DNA of 39,681 nt from a virus (IMGVR_UViG_3300033067_000700:1-39681); one strand, 5' to 3'. Positions 10,391 to 20,417 are shown, numbered from the stretch's first letter. Notes: a model not told the origin generated them from the sequence alone. Numbers and translations are program-made.

Positions 10391-11431
10391 CTACATCATG
10401 TTGAGGATCTGGCGATCAATCTCTGCCTCGTTCGCCTCAAACTCTTCATCGGACATCTTTGAAATATCACCGAGTTGAATGTTGCCTACACTCTTGCGTT
10501 TACCGCTACCGTTAGGACGAACACCTTGACGTTTACGTTGCTTTGAAAGATTTTCACGAGTACGATCAACTTGTTCTTCAACCGTACTACTTGACCATTT
10601 TTCCATGCGATCTACATAACGGCGAGCGAACTTGTCATACGAGATGTCAGTACGATCAACCGTTGCATAGGTTACAGGCTTACCTGTTTCACGATAGAAC
10701 AGTGGTTGTCCATTTTCATCAGTACTCTGATGGACCTTAAAGCCTACAAACTGTAGGTACATCTCGTTAATCTCAGAAGTCTTATCAGCATCAAAGTGCT
10801 GTTTATCACTATCATCGAGAAACTTGTATTTATCTTCCTTCGAGAGTAAAGCTGCCTCATATTGTAGATCCCTAAAGAACCTATCTTGTTCAGCTTGTGC
10901 CTCAGCGAGTTGCTTACCCTTAGCAAACTGTATTGTAGCTACATTGTTACGATCTTCCGCTAACTGATCAGGAGTGAACTCTTGATCAGCCGAGTAGTCA
11001 ATCGGGTTATAGGAAGGTAACTGTTGCTTTTGGGACTGAGGAGTGTCCTTGCGGACTTCTTCTAAGAATGATTTTTGACGTTCCTGACGGCGTTCCTTTC
11101 GAGTTTTCTTAGGCTTAAGATCTTCATCTTCTTCCTCGTCATCATCATCTTGGTCGTCATCGTCAATATCGTCATCGGTATCATCTTGAGCCTCAGTAGG
11201 CTTTTTTTCAGGCGGTTTTTTGGACTTGTCCTCTTCATCGTCATCATCGTCATCGGAGTGATCATCGTCCTCTTCGTCATCATCATCTTCATCATCGGTA
11301 GGCTTTTTAGCACTGTCCGTTCCTAAGATTTCTTCACGAAGTTTTTTATCTTCCTCGTCCTCGTGTCCGTCATCAAGTAACGCTGCGAGTACGATTGGAT
11401 CTTCTTGGTTGGATTGTTCTAGTTCTGGCAT
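10391..11431 (-). CDS. Capsid scaffolding protein (acidic)
   Basis: Extremely D/E-rich N-terminal half and C-terminal ISKMSDEEFEA helix; directly upstream of the capsid gene. Start moved to ATG 11431 behind SD GGAAAGGA. Confidence 0.75.
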   Translation of the reverse strand: MPELEQSNQEDPIVLAALLDDGHEDEEDKKLREEILGTDSAKKPTDDEDDDDEEDDDHSDDDDDDEEDKSKKPPEKKPTEAQDDTDDDIDDDDQDDDDEEEDEDLKPKKTRKERRQERQKSFLEEVRKDTPQSQKQQLPSYNPIDYSADQEFTPDQLAEDRNNVATIQFAKGKQLAEAQAEQDRFFRDLQYEAALLSKEDKYKFLDDSDKQHFDADKTSEINEMYLQFVGFKVHQSTDENGQPLFYRETGKPVTYATVDRTDISYDKFARRYVDRMEKWSSSTVEEQVDRTRENLSKQRKRQGVRPNGSGKRKSVGNIQLGDISKMSDEEFEANEAEIDRQILNMM

Positions 11432-11508
11432 TTTGATATTCCTTTCCACCCGCTATTGTGGGGCGACACATAAAGTCCGTTTAGGGTAGGACATACACCT
11501 TAAGGTTA

Positions 11509-11781
11509 TTATACATCAACAAGCAGAGGTTCACCCCCTGAGCCTGTCCCTGTAAGTCTTTTCATCGTACCAATCATAAAACCATGACGGTAAGATCCTT
11601 CTTCACAATAGACTTCAGGTCCGACTTGATGCCACTTACAATGATGATCCTTGAGGTTAGTCCGTAACTTTTCCTCAATGTCATCTTCGGTCATGCCATG
11701 CGATTGTCGCTCAGGTGGCTTAACCCCTTTATAGAGATACCACTTATCATTCTTATCAACATAGTCTTGAAAACCTGCCAT
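11509..11781 (-). CDS. Hypothetical protein (90 aa, His/Cys motif)
   Basis: SD GAAAGGAG; HHCKWHQ...C...H may bind metal. Confidence 0.65.
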   Translation of the reverse strand: MAGFQDYVDKNDKWYLYKGVKPPERQSHGMTEDDIEEKLRTNLKDHHCKWHQVGPEVYCEEGSYRHGFMIGTMKRLTGTGSGGEPLLVDV

Positions 11782-12205
11782 ATAGCTCCTTTCTAGCTTT
11801 ATCAGCCTCTCTTATAGCATCATTTAACTCAGTAAAATTGCCAATATGTACAGACTTACCATTTTTACTCAACTTAACATTGTAAGTACCACTTTTTGTG
11901 CGATATATATTCTTTGGTAAACTTCTATACCAACCTCTACCAGCCATGATATTTTGTGCTTGAGTACAATTTCTTAAGTTGCTACAACGATTATCAAGTT
12001 TATTTCCATTCTCATGGTCTACTACTAGACCCTTCGGAGTATCTGCTATAACCCTGTGCATATAAAACCGAGTTATTTTTCCATTCTTTTTTACTTGCCT
12101 GTAAGAGTAGCCATTATTATGATATTGCCATCTGTAACCCTCTACTAAATGAGCATGGCACTCACATACTATTGCTTGTTTATTCTGAGGTAATTGAACT
12201 ATCAT
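11756..12205 (-). CDS. HNH homing endonuclease with C-terminal AP2-like domain
   Basis: YMHRVI...VVDHENGNKLDNRCSNLRNCTQAQN is an HNH_3 motif; IGNFTELNDAIREADKARKELYG is AP2-like. A TGGTACACT -10 box lies 6 nt before the ATG (leaderless). Confidence 0.9.
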   Translation of the reverse strand: MIVQLPQNKQAIVCECHAHLVEGYRWQYHNNGYSYRQVKKNGKITRFYMHRVIADTPKGLVVDHENGNKLDNRCSNLRNCTQAQNIMAGRGWYRSLPKNIYRTKSGTYNVKLSKNGKSVHIGNFTELNDAIREADKARKELYGRFSRLC

Positions 12206-12254
12206 ACATATAGTGTACCACAGTCCTCTTTTTCGTTGCCGTATAAAAGGCTCA

Positions 12255-12572
12255 TTATTTCACCTTCGTGGTGTTGATCCTATATTGCAACTGATCAAGT
12301 TCATCAACGATGGTACTTGCAAGTCCAGCCCACTGACCAGCTAGGGTAGGATCTTTAACCACGAGTTCACGAAGAGCCTCACCACCTGGTAAGAAGTGGC
12401 GATAGTACTCTTTACGGATCTCAATGTAATCATTGATCTGCTTATAGCTTTTCGCCCCTCGTAGCTTTTCCCAATCTGACTTAGGTACTGCTTTAGGTGC
12501 TGATGCTCCCTGAACTTCAGGTAACTGGTACGGTAGCGGATCGCTTAGTACGCCGTTTTTTGGTCCACTCAT
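12255..12572 (-). CDS. Hypothetical protein coupled to portal (105 aa)
   Basis: TAATG stop/start overlap with the portal gene. Confidence 0.7.
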   Translation of the reverse strand: MSGPKNGVLSDPLPYQLPEVQGASAPKAVPKSDWEKLRGAKSYKQINDYIEIRKEYYRHFLPGGEALRELVVKDPTLAGQWAGLASTIVDELDQLQYRINTTKVK

Positions 12573-14572
12573 TATTGTCCTCCTACGCTATTCATAGCCA
12601 TTTGATACATATCGTATGCTTGAGCCGCTAGATCAGGATCAGTAAATTGGTGCTGACCGAGAGTAAACGGTGTTTGTGGTGATGCTTGCAATACCTCTGG
12701 TGGGTACTCAGGCATCGGTGGTGCTTGTGGTGGTTGTGGTACACCCTCTGGCATAGGTACACCAGTCGGAGCAGGAGTGCCACCAGCAGGAGGTACACCG
12801 TTACCAGTTGGCATACCTTCAGTACCAGCAGGTGTAGCAGGTTGCTGAGGCATTTGAGGAGTAGTAAACATCTTGCTCATAAATGGAAGATCCATCAACT
12901 TGCCGATCTCACTAAAGGTGTACTCCCAATCAGGCACTTTACCAGTCGCCTCTTGGTACTGCTGAAGAGCGTTTGGCATTTTGCCGATAAAGCCCCAGAA
13001 GTCCATGATCGACTGAAGGGTTTGCTGTTTGTTCATCTTGTAAGTACTGTCGTGCTTGAGTTGGAAACGAGCAGTAATACCCTTAAAGGCATCAGGTCGT
13101 ACCTTGATACGCATTTGATTGCCACTCTCACTAAGTCGGAATGAGGCATAGCCCTGATCTTCAAAGTGAGTAAACATCTTGGCAAGGTCGGTATAACCGC
13201 TTTCGATGATCTCATTGATCTCTTGGCTGAACATATCTACAGGTATCTCTTCTTCAATCGTAGGAAGGATCGAGTACATAAGGTCGATAAGCTCAGTCAT
13301 AGCACTTTCAAGGAAACGGCGATCTTGGTTATCACGAGTACTTTCACGTTCTGCAATCTGCTTAAGTGCCTCTGGTGTTTTACCAAAGCCAGGATCACTA
13401 GCACTTTCGGCGTTACTTCGGGTATCAGTCGTACCAGCAATACTCTGAATTGCACCCTTACTCATACCCTTCGCTGCTTGGTAGGTAGAAAGACCAGCAG
13501 TAGAAGTTTCAAGCCTTCGTGCATCAGGCTGACCGTTGAACTCCCAGATAGAGCCTGGTTCGTTACTAATCGTGTGCGGTACAGCAGTTTGCATATTGAC
13601 CATCGTTGCAGGGAAGAGGTTAATCTTAATACCCTGAAAGTAGAAGTTATCAAGTCCATCGTTAGCGAACTGCATAGGCATAGATCGTTGGAAGTCGCCT
13701 ACACCGTAGTAGCTATCAAACTTAGGAATACAACGCTTAATGACAAACGGAATACGAGCATTCTTGTGTGGGTTCTTGATGTTACGAATAACCTTACAGC
13801 CAAAGGTAGGCAAGAAGGTGATCCATCGTCCATCTTTACCACTCTCATAACGAGTAGCAATCTCAACCTGTCGGACAGATTGTCGCATACGCTCACGATA
13901 GCCAACAGTATCACGCTTAGGATCTGTTTCACGAGTTGCCTCTTTGATCTGGCTCATAATCGAACGAATAGCATCTTTGTCATAGCTATCGTCATCTTCG
14001 TCATCAAGAATATCTTGAAACCAATCAGCACCCTTATAAATAATGGCGTGAACGTGATCCATGTCGGTAATACTTGTTTCGCCCGATTGAGGAATGAAGT
14101 TACGAGGCGACCACAACCAGCAGTCAGGACCAAAGTAACCAGTCGGGCTAAGGTTAAGATCCACGAACATAGGCATGACGTTGTACTCACTTGAGCCGTA
14201 CTGCCACATGTACATCTTCGTCAAGAAATCAAACTGAGCATTAGCGTTCGGGTAGATCCACTGCCTACGCAAAATATCAAGGAACATACCCTTGCCGTAG
14301 TCCTTCTTACCAAAAGCACGAGTTTCACCCTCTGGTAATTGACCTGCTACCCTAGCTGCTCGCTCAAGGTAAATGGTTGAAGTCATATTGTCGGTAAGTC
14401 CGTTACCAGTCTTTTTGCTTACAGGATCGTAGGTAAAGCCATTGTCCATAGCCTCATAAGCATCATAGTTCTCGATAGCATCATCATGTGCATCGACATC
14501 TTCAGAGTAATCACGATACAGTGCTTTCTCTTCGGGGTTCATTCTTTCTAATTCTGATAGCGTTTTAGCCAT
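12572..14572 (-). CDS. Portal protein
   Basis: 666 aa, follows terL; PFVIKRCIPKFDSYYGVG region and P/Q-rich C-terminal tail are typical of P22-like portals. Confidence 0.85.
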   Translation of the reverse strand: MAKTLSELERMNPEEKALYRDYSEDVDAHDDAIENYDAYEAMDNGFTYDPVSKKTGNGLTDNMTSTIYLERAARVAGQLPEGETRAFGKKDYGKGMFLDILRRQWIYPNANAQFDFLTKMYMWQYGSSEYNVMPMFVDLNLSPTGYFGPDCWLWSPRNFIPQSGETSITDMDHVHAIIYKGADWFQDILDDEDDDSYDKDAIRSIMSQIKEATRETDPKRDTVGYRERMRQSVRQVEIATRYESGKDGRWITFLPTFGCKVIRNIKNPHKNARIPFVIKRCIPKFDSYYGVGDFQRSMPMQFANDGLDNFYFQGIKINLFPATMVNMQTAVPHTISNEPGSIWEFNGQPDARRLETSTAGLSTYQAAKGMSKGAIQSIAGTTDTRSNAESASDPGFGKTPEALKQIAERESTRDNQDRRFLESAMTELIDLMYSILPTIEEEIPVDMFSQEINEIIESGYTDLAKMFTHFEDQGYASFRLSESGNQMRIKVRPDAFKGITARFQLKHDSTYKMNKQQTLQSIMDFWGFIGKMPNALQQYQEATGKVPDWEYTFSEIGKLMDLPFMSKMFTTPQMPQQPATPAGTEGMPTGNGVPPAGGTPAPTGVPMPEGVPQPPQAPPMPEYPPEVLQASPQTPFTLGQHQFTDPDLAAQAYDMYQMAMNSVGGQ

Positions 14573-14623
14573 AATAACTCCTTTTTTTGTTTTGCAGATC
14601 TTTTAACCTTATTTTACCACTTA

Positions 14624-16030
14624 TCATGACTGCATCATTCCATACTGGTTAAACTTAGGTTTTGGTACTGGCTTGGTTTTTTTATTGCTCGTGCCGTACT
14701 TCAGGTAGAGTTTCAGGTAACGAATACCGTCAGGGTGGTCATCGTCCTTTTTAACAGGATCTTCAGAAGGTAGACGGTTCTCTTTGATCTCTTTGTACTT
14801 GTAGTTTTCAAACTGGTAGATGGTCATCTTACAGTTCTCGGTAAAGTACATATCTGGCTCAGGCTCGCCTACCAGTTGGATCTTTGGCTTGATCATCGGA
14901 GCTACCAAAGCAATACCAGAGGCTACTGATCCTTGAGGCTTGTACGCAGGAATAATGGCGACAGTGTAGCCAAACACCGCAGGGGCTTTCTTCATCACTT
15001 GATCAATAAGGTCAGGTCTAGCACTATCGCAGATAATACCAGTGATCCTTTTATCGCCGTTTTTGAGCTTGATCTGTTCAAGACACTCATCAATGTCCAT
15101 CTCGTAGCCATGTACCTCATTGGTAACAAACCACTTGCCACGACCATCAATATCAACACAGTTAATAGCGGTAGGGTGTCCTTCAGCCCAACCAAAGTCC
15201 CAAGTCCAGTAGCGTACTCCCTCATCGTAAGGAATACGAGCATCAGTAGGACTAATGACGTTATACTTGCGATCAAACCATTTATAGACTGATCCTGCTG
15301 CTGTACGGAATTGCAACTCAACCTCCTGTAAGAATATATCTAACTCACCTTTATCTTCGGCTTCTTTACGCTCGGCAGCGATCCACTCAGGATCTACCGC
15401 AGGGTTATCTCGCCATGTCGCCTCAAGGTAGTACCAACGCTTGTGCTTTTCTTGCTTGGCGTATTCAAGTAACTCCCACCAGTGGTTGTAACCTTTGGCT
15501 GTACCCATGAAGGCAGCCCAACCCTTAGTAGTGGTAAAGAAGTATTTGTACACCGTAGCAAAGTTGTTCGGATCTTGATCCTGATACTCGTCAAAGATCA
15601 TACCGTAAGAGAACTTACCACGATGGTCATCTGCATAGTCTGAACCCAAAAGTTGAATGGTTGAACGTGCCTTTTCGGTATTGTGCTTGATAGCTTGCCA
15701 ACCGATACCTGGCATATTAAACGCCCCCTTCATGTAATTGAAGGTGATCTCAAGATCTGTGGCGTTCGTGTCGTACACCATATCTTTAGGGATCATGTGA
15801 AGGTACTGTTTCCACACAACATCTTTAGCGTGTTTGTGGGTATTAAAGACGATATGGTAAGGTCCTTGTCGATATGTCGCAGCCATTTCTAGGTGCTTAA
15901 CACTCCACAAGGACTTACCTACCTGACGACCCCAAAACAATGTGCCTCGATCATACCCATCAACAAGGAAGGCTTTGTGAGCCATAGCCTGTTTTACATG
16001 AGGGTTGTAAACGAAAGCACCATCGGACAT
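14624..16030 (-). CDS. terL: Terminase large subunit
   Basis: Walker A WGRQVGKS, Walker B MIFDEY, coupling motif MGTAKG, nuclease WDFG, CDSARP and KKDDDHPDGIRY. Confidence 0.93.
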   Translation of the reverse strand: MSDGAFVYNPHVKQAMAHKAFLVDGYDRGTLFWGRQVGKSLWSVKHLEMAATYRQGPYHIVFNTHKHAKDVVWKQYLHMIPKDMVYDTNATDLEITFNYMKGAFNMPGIGWQAIKHNTEKARSTIQLLGSDYADDHRGKFSYGMIFDEYQDQDPNNFATVYKYFFTTTKGWAAFMGTAKGYNHWWELLEYAKQEKHKRWYYLEATWRDNPAVDPEWIAAERKEAEDKGELDIFLQEVELQFRTAAGSVYKWFDRKYNVISPTDARIPYDEGVRYWTWDFGWAEGHPTAINCVDIDGRGKWFVTNEVHGYEMDIDECLEQIKLKNGDKRITGIICDSARPDLIDQVMKKAPAVFGYTVAIIPAYKPQGSVASGIALVAPMIKPKIQLVGEPEPDMYFTENCKMTIYQFENYKYKEIKENRLPSEDPVKKDDDHPDGIRYLKLYLKYGTSNKKTKPVPKPKFNQYGMMQS

Positions 16031-16037
16031 GAGATGC

Positions 16038-16982
16038 CTACAATCGTGGTGTTTTTACTGAGCCAACACCTGATTGTGTCGCAAGACTTTCAGCTTTTTC
16101 AACTCCGCTATCGTGATCAGTAATAGCCTCAGTATCAAACACTTCAACAGCTTTACCGTTAATAACTTGAGTTGTAGATTTGTTCTTAAACTGAACAACC
16201 TTTGGTGGCGTAAAGATGTCAAAGAGCCATTGTCGTAAACGCAGGTAACGGATCTCATCAAGTAACTGATCAACACTTTCAAACTGATCAAGAATACCCA
16301 TACGCTGTGCAGCGATCTGAGCAGTAACCTCATCTTCGTGTTGCATCTGTCGTGCTACGAGAGCAGCCTTACCTGTCGGTTCGTTGTTCTCATCGTACAA
16401 ACGGCGGAACAATGAAAGGGTAAAGCGAGGCTCAGAATACTTAACACGATCCTTCTCGTAAGTAACACCGTCCACTTCCCATTTGAAGATGTAGTTTTCA
16501 GCAAGAGCGAAACGCTTAAGTGAAGGCTCATCAAACAAACGCTTAGTAGGATCAGGGTAATGTGAGTGTTCAACAGGGTATTTAACAAGAATACCTTGCA
16601 CACCGTTCTCAGTAATGTAGGCTTTATTTAGCCCACGCCCGATCTCAGCAATCTTATCATCTGGTGCAGCGGTCAGAGCAGCAGGGTTGCCCTGTTGCAA
16701 TGCAATAATTGACTGTTGCATGTTGAGCATCATGCTCATAAGTTGTTCATTGGTAAATTGTGTTGGTGCTTCAAGTACAGGACTTCCGCCCTCTACAGTT
16801 GGCTCATCAACAACTTCATCTGTAACAGGAGGTTCAAAAGTAGCCTGAGCAGCTTGAGCTTCCTTTACTTCAGTTGGTTCAAACTCTTCGTCATCGACTA
16901 CAGGTTTCTTTTTTGCTTTCGCCATCTCACGCAAGCGTTGATCATTAGCGAGTTGTTTTTCAGTTCTAGGTTTTTTAGCCAT
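16038..16982 (-). CDS. Hypothetical protein (314 aa)
   Basis: Long ORF with SD GGAGG and its own extended -10 (TGCTATAGT near 17052-17060). Confidence 0.75.
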   Translation of the reverse strand: MAKKPRTEKQLANDQRLREMAKAKKKPVVDDEEFEPTEVKEAQAAQATFEPPVTDEVVDEPTVEGGSPVLEAPTQFTNEQLMSMMLNMQQSIIALQQGNPAALTAAPDDKIAEIGRGLNKAYITENGVQGILVKYPVEHSHYPDPTKRLFDEPSLKRFALAENYIFKWEVDGVTYEKDRVKYSEPRFTLSLFRRLYDENNEPTGKAALVARQMQHEDEVTAQIAAQRMGILDQFESVDQLLDEIRYLRLRQWLFDIFTPPKVVQFKNKSTTQVINGKAVEVFDTEAITDHDSGVEKAESLATQSGVGSVKTPRL

Positions 16983-17080
16983 AAGACCTCCATTCAGATA
17001 TTTTTATTTAAGTTCGCTTTTGTTTAGAGGTTTTTGTGTTCGTTCTCTAAACTATAGCATTTTGTCAATTAAAAGTGTAC

Positions 17081-17425
17081 TTATTGCAACAGTCTGTTTT
17101 TCTTCTCTTCGGCACGTTGAGCGTAGTGCTTACGCAACACCTTCTGTACCTTCTGAGTTGAGTTAAACTCAGTAGCAACCATGTGCCCTTCAAGTTCGGC
17201 GTATTGGCGTTGCTTGTTCTTCCACTTGCGACCATTAGGTAGTTTTCGGCGTTTCTTTGTAAACGGCTTATCGCTTACTCGCCCACGACCAGGAACAGTA
17301 CTATCGCTGCCCCATTCAGATTTATAGGTATCGTGAATAGCCTTACGAGTTCGGCGGTGTCTGAACCGCATCTGCTCATCGTTTTCTAAAGTCATTGCAT
17401 CTTGCAAAGATAGTCCCCTACCCAT
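17081..17425 (-). CDS. Basic hypothetical protein (114 aa)
   Basis: TAATG-coupled to groEL; R/K-rich. Confidence 0.65.
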   Translation of the reverse strand: MGRGLSLQDAMTLENDEQMRFRHRRTRKAIHDTYKSEWGSDSTVPGRGRVSDKPFTKKRRKLPNGRKWKNKQRQYAELEGHMVATEFNSTQKVQKVLRKHYAQRAEEKKNRLLQ

Positions 17426-18993
17426 TACTGTCTAGCTCCCATAATTAAGTTCATTTCTTCTTGACTTACTTTTTCTTCAACTATCGCACCGCCAACCGTA
17501 ACTGCAAGTCCAGCAGTCGTAAGCGAGTTACGAACTACCTCACAGGTAACGATCATCGGGTCAATAATTCCAGCTTTAAGGGTGTCTACTTTCTCACCAG
17601 TCGCTACGTCAATTCCTTCGCCATGCTTAAACTTATCAACATTGAGGTTATAGCCTGAGTTTTCAAGTAGTATTTCAAACGGTAGTGTAAGCGTGTCGAG
17701 TACCCACTGAGTATCAGCAATCGGCTTAAGCTCATTTGCTATATCTCGTAAGGTAACACCACCACCAGCGACAACACCACCCTTAAGGGCAGCACGAACA
17801 GCATTGATCGCATCGTCCACTCGGTAGCGTTTCTCTTTAATTTCACTATCAGTCGCACCACCAATCTTGATCACACCAACACGACCTTCAAGGGTAGCAA
17901 TTCGTTCACGCAACATTTCTTGTTTTGTGTCGCTTGCATCTTCAACTTGGTTTTTAAGCGTATCAACACGATTTGCAACATCTTCTTCAGCACCCTTACC
18001 ACCGATAATGATAGTATCTTCCTGTGCTACGACAGTCTTATCAGCAGCACCAGCGTAACTAATATCGAGGTTGTCTTGCCAACCAGCAAGGGTCATGTCA
18101 ATCAGCTTACCGCCTGTGAGAATTGCAATATCTTCTAACTGCTCAACTCGGTTCTGATCGTAACTCGGACCTTTAACGACAACGGTGTTCAACACACCCT
18201 TCACCTTATTCAAGATAAGCGTGTTCATCGGATCAGCCTCAACCTTGTCAGCAATAATCATCAGAGCTTTGCAGCCACTTTGAAGGAGGGGGTCAAGCAC
18301 TCCCTTAAAGTCCTCAAGATCTGTGATCGTACCATTAACGGCAAGGATCGCAGTGTTTTCAAGAATTGACTTGCGAGCGTTCTGATCAGTAATAAAGTAC
18401 GGCGACATAAAGCCTTTTTCAAAAGCATAGCCTTCAACAACTGAGCTTTCATCTTCTAATGCCTGAGTATCTTCAACGGTGATCGCACCATCAAACCCTA
18501 CCTGTTCCATCACATCAGCAATAAGTTTAGCGAGTTTTGGATCGCCACCGACTGAGATCTTAGCAATGTTTTCAACATCAGCGTGAGTTTTACGGATCTG
18601 TTTTGCTTGAGCTTTTACTGCCTCAGTGAGCGGTTTAATGTACGCATCAAGTTCACGCTTAACGACCATCGGGTTAATACCTTTATCAACCTGTTCCATC
18701 GCAGCCTTGATAAGATGGTAAGTCAGGATCGTAACAGAAGTTGTACCGTCCCCTACCTCGTCCATCTTCGCACTTGCCTCTTTCACAAGATCAACACCAA
18801 TACTTTCAGGATCGTTCTCAAGTTTAACCGCACGAGCTACCGTAACACCATCATGAGTGATACTAAACGCACCAAACTTATCTTTGATCAAAACGTTTCG
18901 CCCTTTTGGTCCGAAAGTCGTCTTGACTGCATCATAAATAATTTCAGCACCCTTTAGTACGTTCGTTCGTGTTTCTTGGTCTTTAGTGATCAT
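17425..18993 (-). CDS. groEL: Chaperonin GroEL (Cpn60)
   Basis: TFGPKGRNV, ITHDGVTVA, GDGTTS, KGFMSPYF, ERIATLEGRVGVIKIGG, DDAINAVRAALKGGVVAGGG and GIIDP; no GGM tail. Confidence 0.97.
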   Translation of the reverse strand: MITKDQETRTNVLKGAEIIYDAVKTTFGPKGRNVLIKDKFGAFSITHDGVTVARAVKLENDPESIGVDLVKEASAKMDEVGDGTTSVTILTYHLIKAAMEQVDKGINPMVVKRELDAYIKPLTEAVKAQAKQIRKTHADVENIAKISVGGDPKLAKLIADVMEQVGFDGAITVEDTQALEDESSVVEGYAFEKGFMSPYFITDQNARKSILENTAILAVNGTITDLEDFKGVLDPLLQSGCKALMIIADKVEADPMNTLILNKVKGVLNTVVVKGPSYDQNRVEQLEDIAILTGGKLIDMTLAGWQDNLDISYAGAADKTVVAQEDTIIIGGKGAEEDVANRVDTLKNQVEDASDTKQEMLRERIATLEGRVGVIKIGGATDSEIKEKRYRVDDAINAVRAALKGGVVAGGGVTLRDIANELKPIADTQWVLDTLTLPFEILLENSGYNLNVDKFKHGEGIDVATGEKVDTLKAGIIDPMIVTCEVVRNSLTTAGLAVTVGGAIVEEKVSQEEMNLIMGARQ

Positions 18994-19102
18994 TTCCTCT
19001 TAACCTTTCTTCTAATCTTAATTTTTCACTTGCTAGTAACATTTGTTCGATAGCGATGTCCGCTATTCGTTTTCGTAGATCTTCTCGTGTGGCTTCTGTC
19101 AT
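18983..19102 (-). CDS. Small hypothetical protein (39 aa, MTEATREDLRKR...)
   Basis: Below the track cutoff; SD GGAGG; overlaps the groEL start. Confidence 0.55.
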   Translation of the reverse strand: MTEATREDLRKRIADIAIEQMLLASEKLRLEERLRGNDH

Positions 19103-19137
19103 GACCTCCTGCTTAGTGAAGATGTCAATGACAGGGG

Positions 19138-19302
19138 CTACAAACTCGCCTCTTCCCATGATCGTAGGATCTCAAGAAGGTTCGAGTAAGCAATACGCTC
19201 ACGACCCTTGCCCTTCTTACCTTTAACTTTTGATTGCAAAACTTTCACCGACAAAATATCTTGGCGGATCTCATTCACTCGTTCTATGTTTTCTTCTTTC
19301 AT
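19138..19302 (-). CDS. Small hypothetical protein (54 aa, MKEENIERV...SWEEASL)
   Basis: ATGA overlap with the upstream gene; fills the gap. Confidence 0.55.
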   Translation of the reverse strand: MKEENIERVNEIRQDILSVKVLQSKVKGKKGKGRERIAYSNLLEILRSWEEASL

Positions 19303-19634
19303 GCTTTGAACCTCACCTTTCCGTTAGCAGTATCTAACAAACCATGATTAGCTTTGAATACGAACAACCGCTTTTCTTGAATGTCAGCGATAGCCGTAGC
19401 AAACTCTTTTTTAATATCTTCTTCACTCAGATCACCTTTATGACCAAAGATCCGATTTGCCTCAAGGTACTCGCAGGTAGTACCCCATCTTTTGTTTATG
19501 GCTACTCGGCACTTAACCATGTAGCCTTTGGTGAGCTTGTCGATCTTCACCTCAACAGGCTCATTAAAAGGAGTAAGATCTAGTACATCAAGGTTTGTAC
19601 CAGACATCTGTATCATTTCGGGTATAGAGGTCAT
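19299..19634 (-). CDS. Hypothetical protein (111 aa)
   Basis: ATGA-coupled ORF with SD GAGGA. Confidence 0.65.
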   Translation of the reverse strand: MTSIPEMIQMSGTNLDVLDLTPFNEPVEVKIDKLTKGYMVKCRVAINKRWGTTCEYLEANRIFGHKGDLSEEDIKKEFATAIADIQEKRLFVFKANHGLLDTANGKVRFKA

Positions 19635-19993
19635 TTGTTCCTCACAATCAAGTTCACATCACCAAGACGAGTATCTTGAATATCATCTATTGCAATAATC
19701 TTTGCATACTTCTTTCGTAGCTCAGTATGTTCTAACTTCGAGTGATACTTCACTCCATCAGGATCAGGTACAACTCTTTCAGTTATGGTTCGAGCATAAT
19801 TCGCCCCACCACCAGACCAAACAATAACATCAACATTCTTCCACTTTTGAGCAGCGAACACAGAGATCATAGTACTGATAAGAGTAAACGTCCCTTCGCC
19901 ATCAATAAGAGTGCCGTCTACATCAAAACAAATAGCCACTTTTTCCATGCCATCGCCAAACGGTAAACCTAGTTCTTCATTCTTACCCATCAC
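19631..19993 (-). CDS. Minimal HAD-superfamily phosphatase
   Basis: Motif I FDVDGTL, motif II WSGGG, a Lys, and motif IV IAIDD. Confidence 0.8.
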   Translation of the reverse strand: MMGKNEELGLPFGDGMEKVAICFDVDGTLIDGEGTFTLISTMISVFAAQKWKNVDVIVWSGGGANYARTITERVVPDPDGVKYHSKLEHTELRKKYAKIIAIDDIQDTRLGDVNLIVRNK

Positions 19994-20364
19994 GCTTCCT
20001 TCTCTCGACCACTGAGGCTATTAACGTAAGCCTGTTTGTTGCCGTCCCATTGCCAATGCTTACAGGGGCGAACACCTTTGCAACACTGCAACTCCCCAGA
20101 CGGATCAACACCAGCCTCTTGCCAGTTAGTAGTTTCCGCTTGCGGAAAAGAATTATTTTTTTGGGGCGTATGTAACTGAACTACGTTGCCTGGTACTTTA
20201 ATTTTTTCAATATCTTTAGGGTCGATGAAACCAACCTCTGTGTACCCTTGTGGGGGTATAAGCCTACGAACAGCATAGTCTTGCATCGTCATTCTAGCCG
20301 TTGCTGCACCTGTCTTGATTAACTGGTGCTGTTCCTCAGTAAGTTTGATATGTAATATCTTCAT
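19990..20364 (-). CDS. Putative ribbon-helix-helix DNA-binding protein with C-terminal Cys/His motif
   Basis: MKILHIKLTEEQHQLIKTGAATARMTMQDYAVRRL fits a strand-helix-helix pattern; C-terminal CCKGVRPCKHW. Confidence 0.6.
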   Translation of the reverse strand: MKILHIKLTEEQHQLIKTGAATARMTMQDYAVRRLIPPQGYTEVGFIDPKDIEKIKVPGNVVQLHTPQKNNSFPQAETTNWQEAGVDPSGELQCCKGVRPCKHWQWDGNKQAYVNSLSGREKEA

Positions 20365-20417
20365 AGTCTAAATATACTAAATAGTCTAAATAGTCGCAAT
20401 AGTCTTTTTAGTCTAAA
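20364..20417. repeat. Six tandem 9-bp repeats (consensus TAGTCTAAA) overlapping a leaderless promoter
   Basis: TAGTCTAAA, TATACTAAA, TAGTCTAAA, TAGTCGCAA, TAGTCTTTT, TAGTCTAAA at an exact 9-bp period. Minus strand reads TTGCGA-17-TATATT-6-ATG. Confidence 0.8.

Noticed and set aside
11130-11300. TCA/TCG trinucleotide-like repeats
   Set aside because: They simply encode the poly-Asp/Glu tracts of the scaffold protein.
11756-12205. HNH gene as part of a group I intron
   Set aside because: The flanking ORFs have their own starts and stops and there is no non-coding room for an intron core. It looks free-standing.
13166-14194. 342-aa plus-strand ORF, and many similar shadow ORFs in 296-5388 and elsewhere
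   Set aside because: They are antisense or off-frame to clear genes (portal, ejection protein), with no RBS or recognisable motifs.
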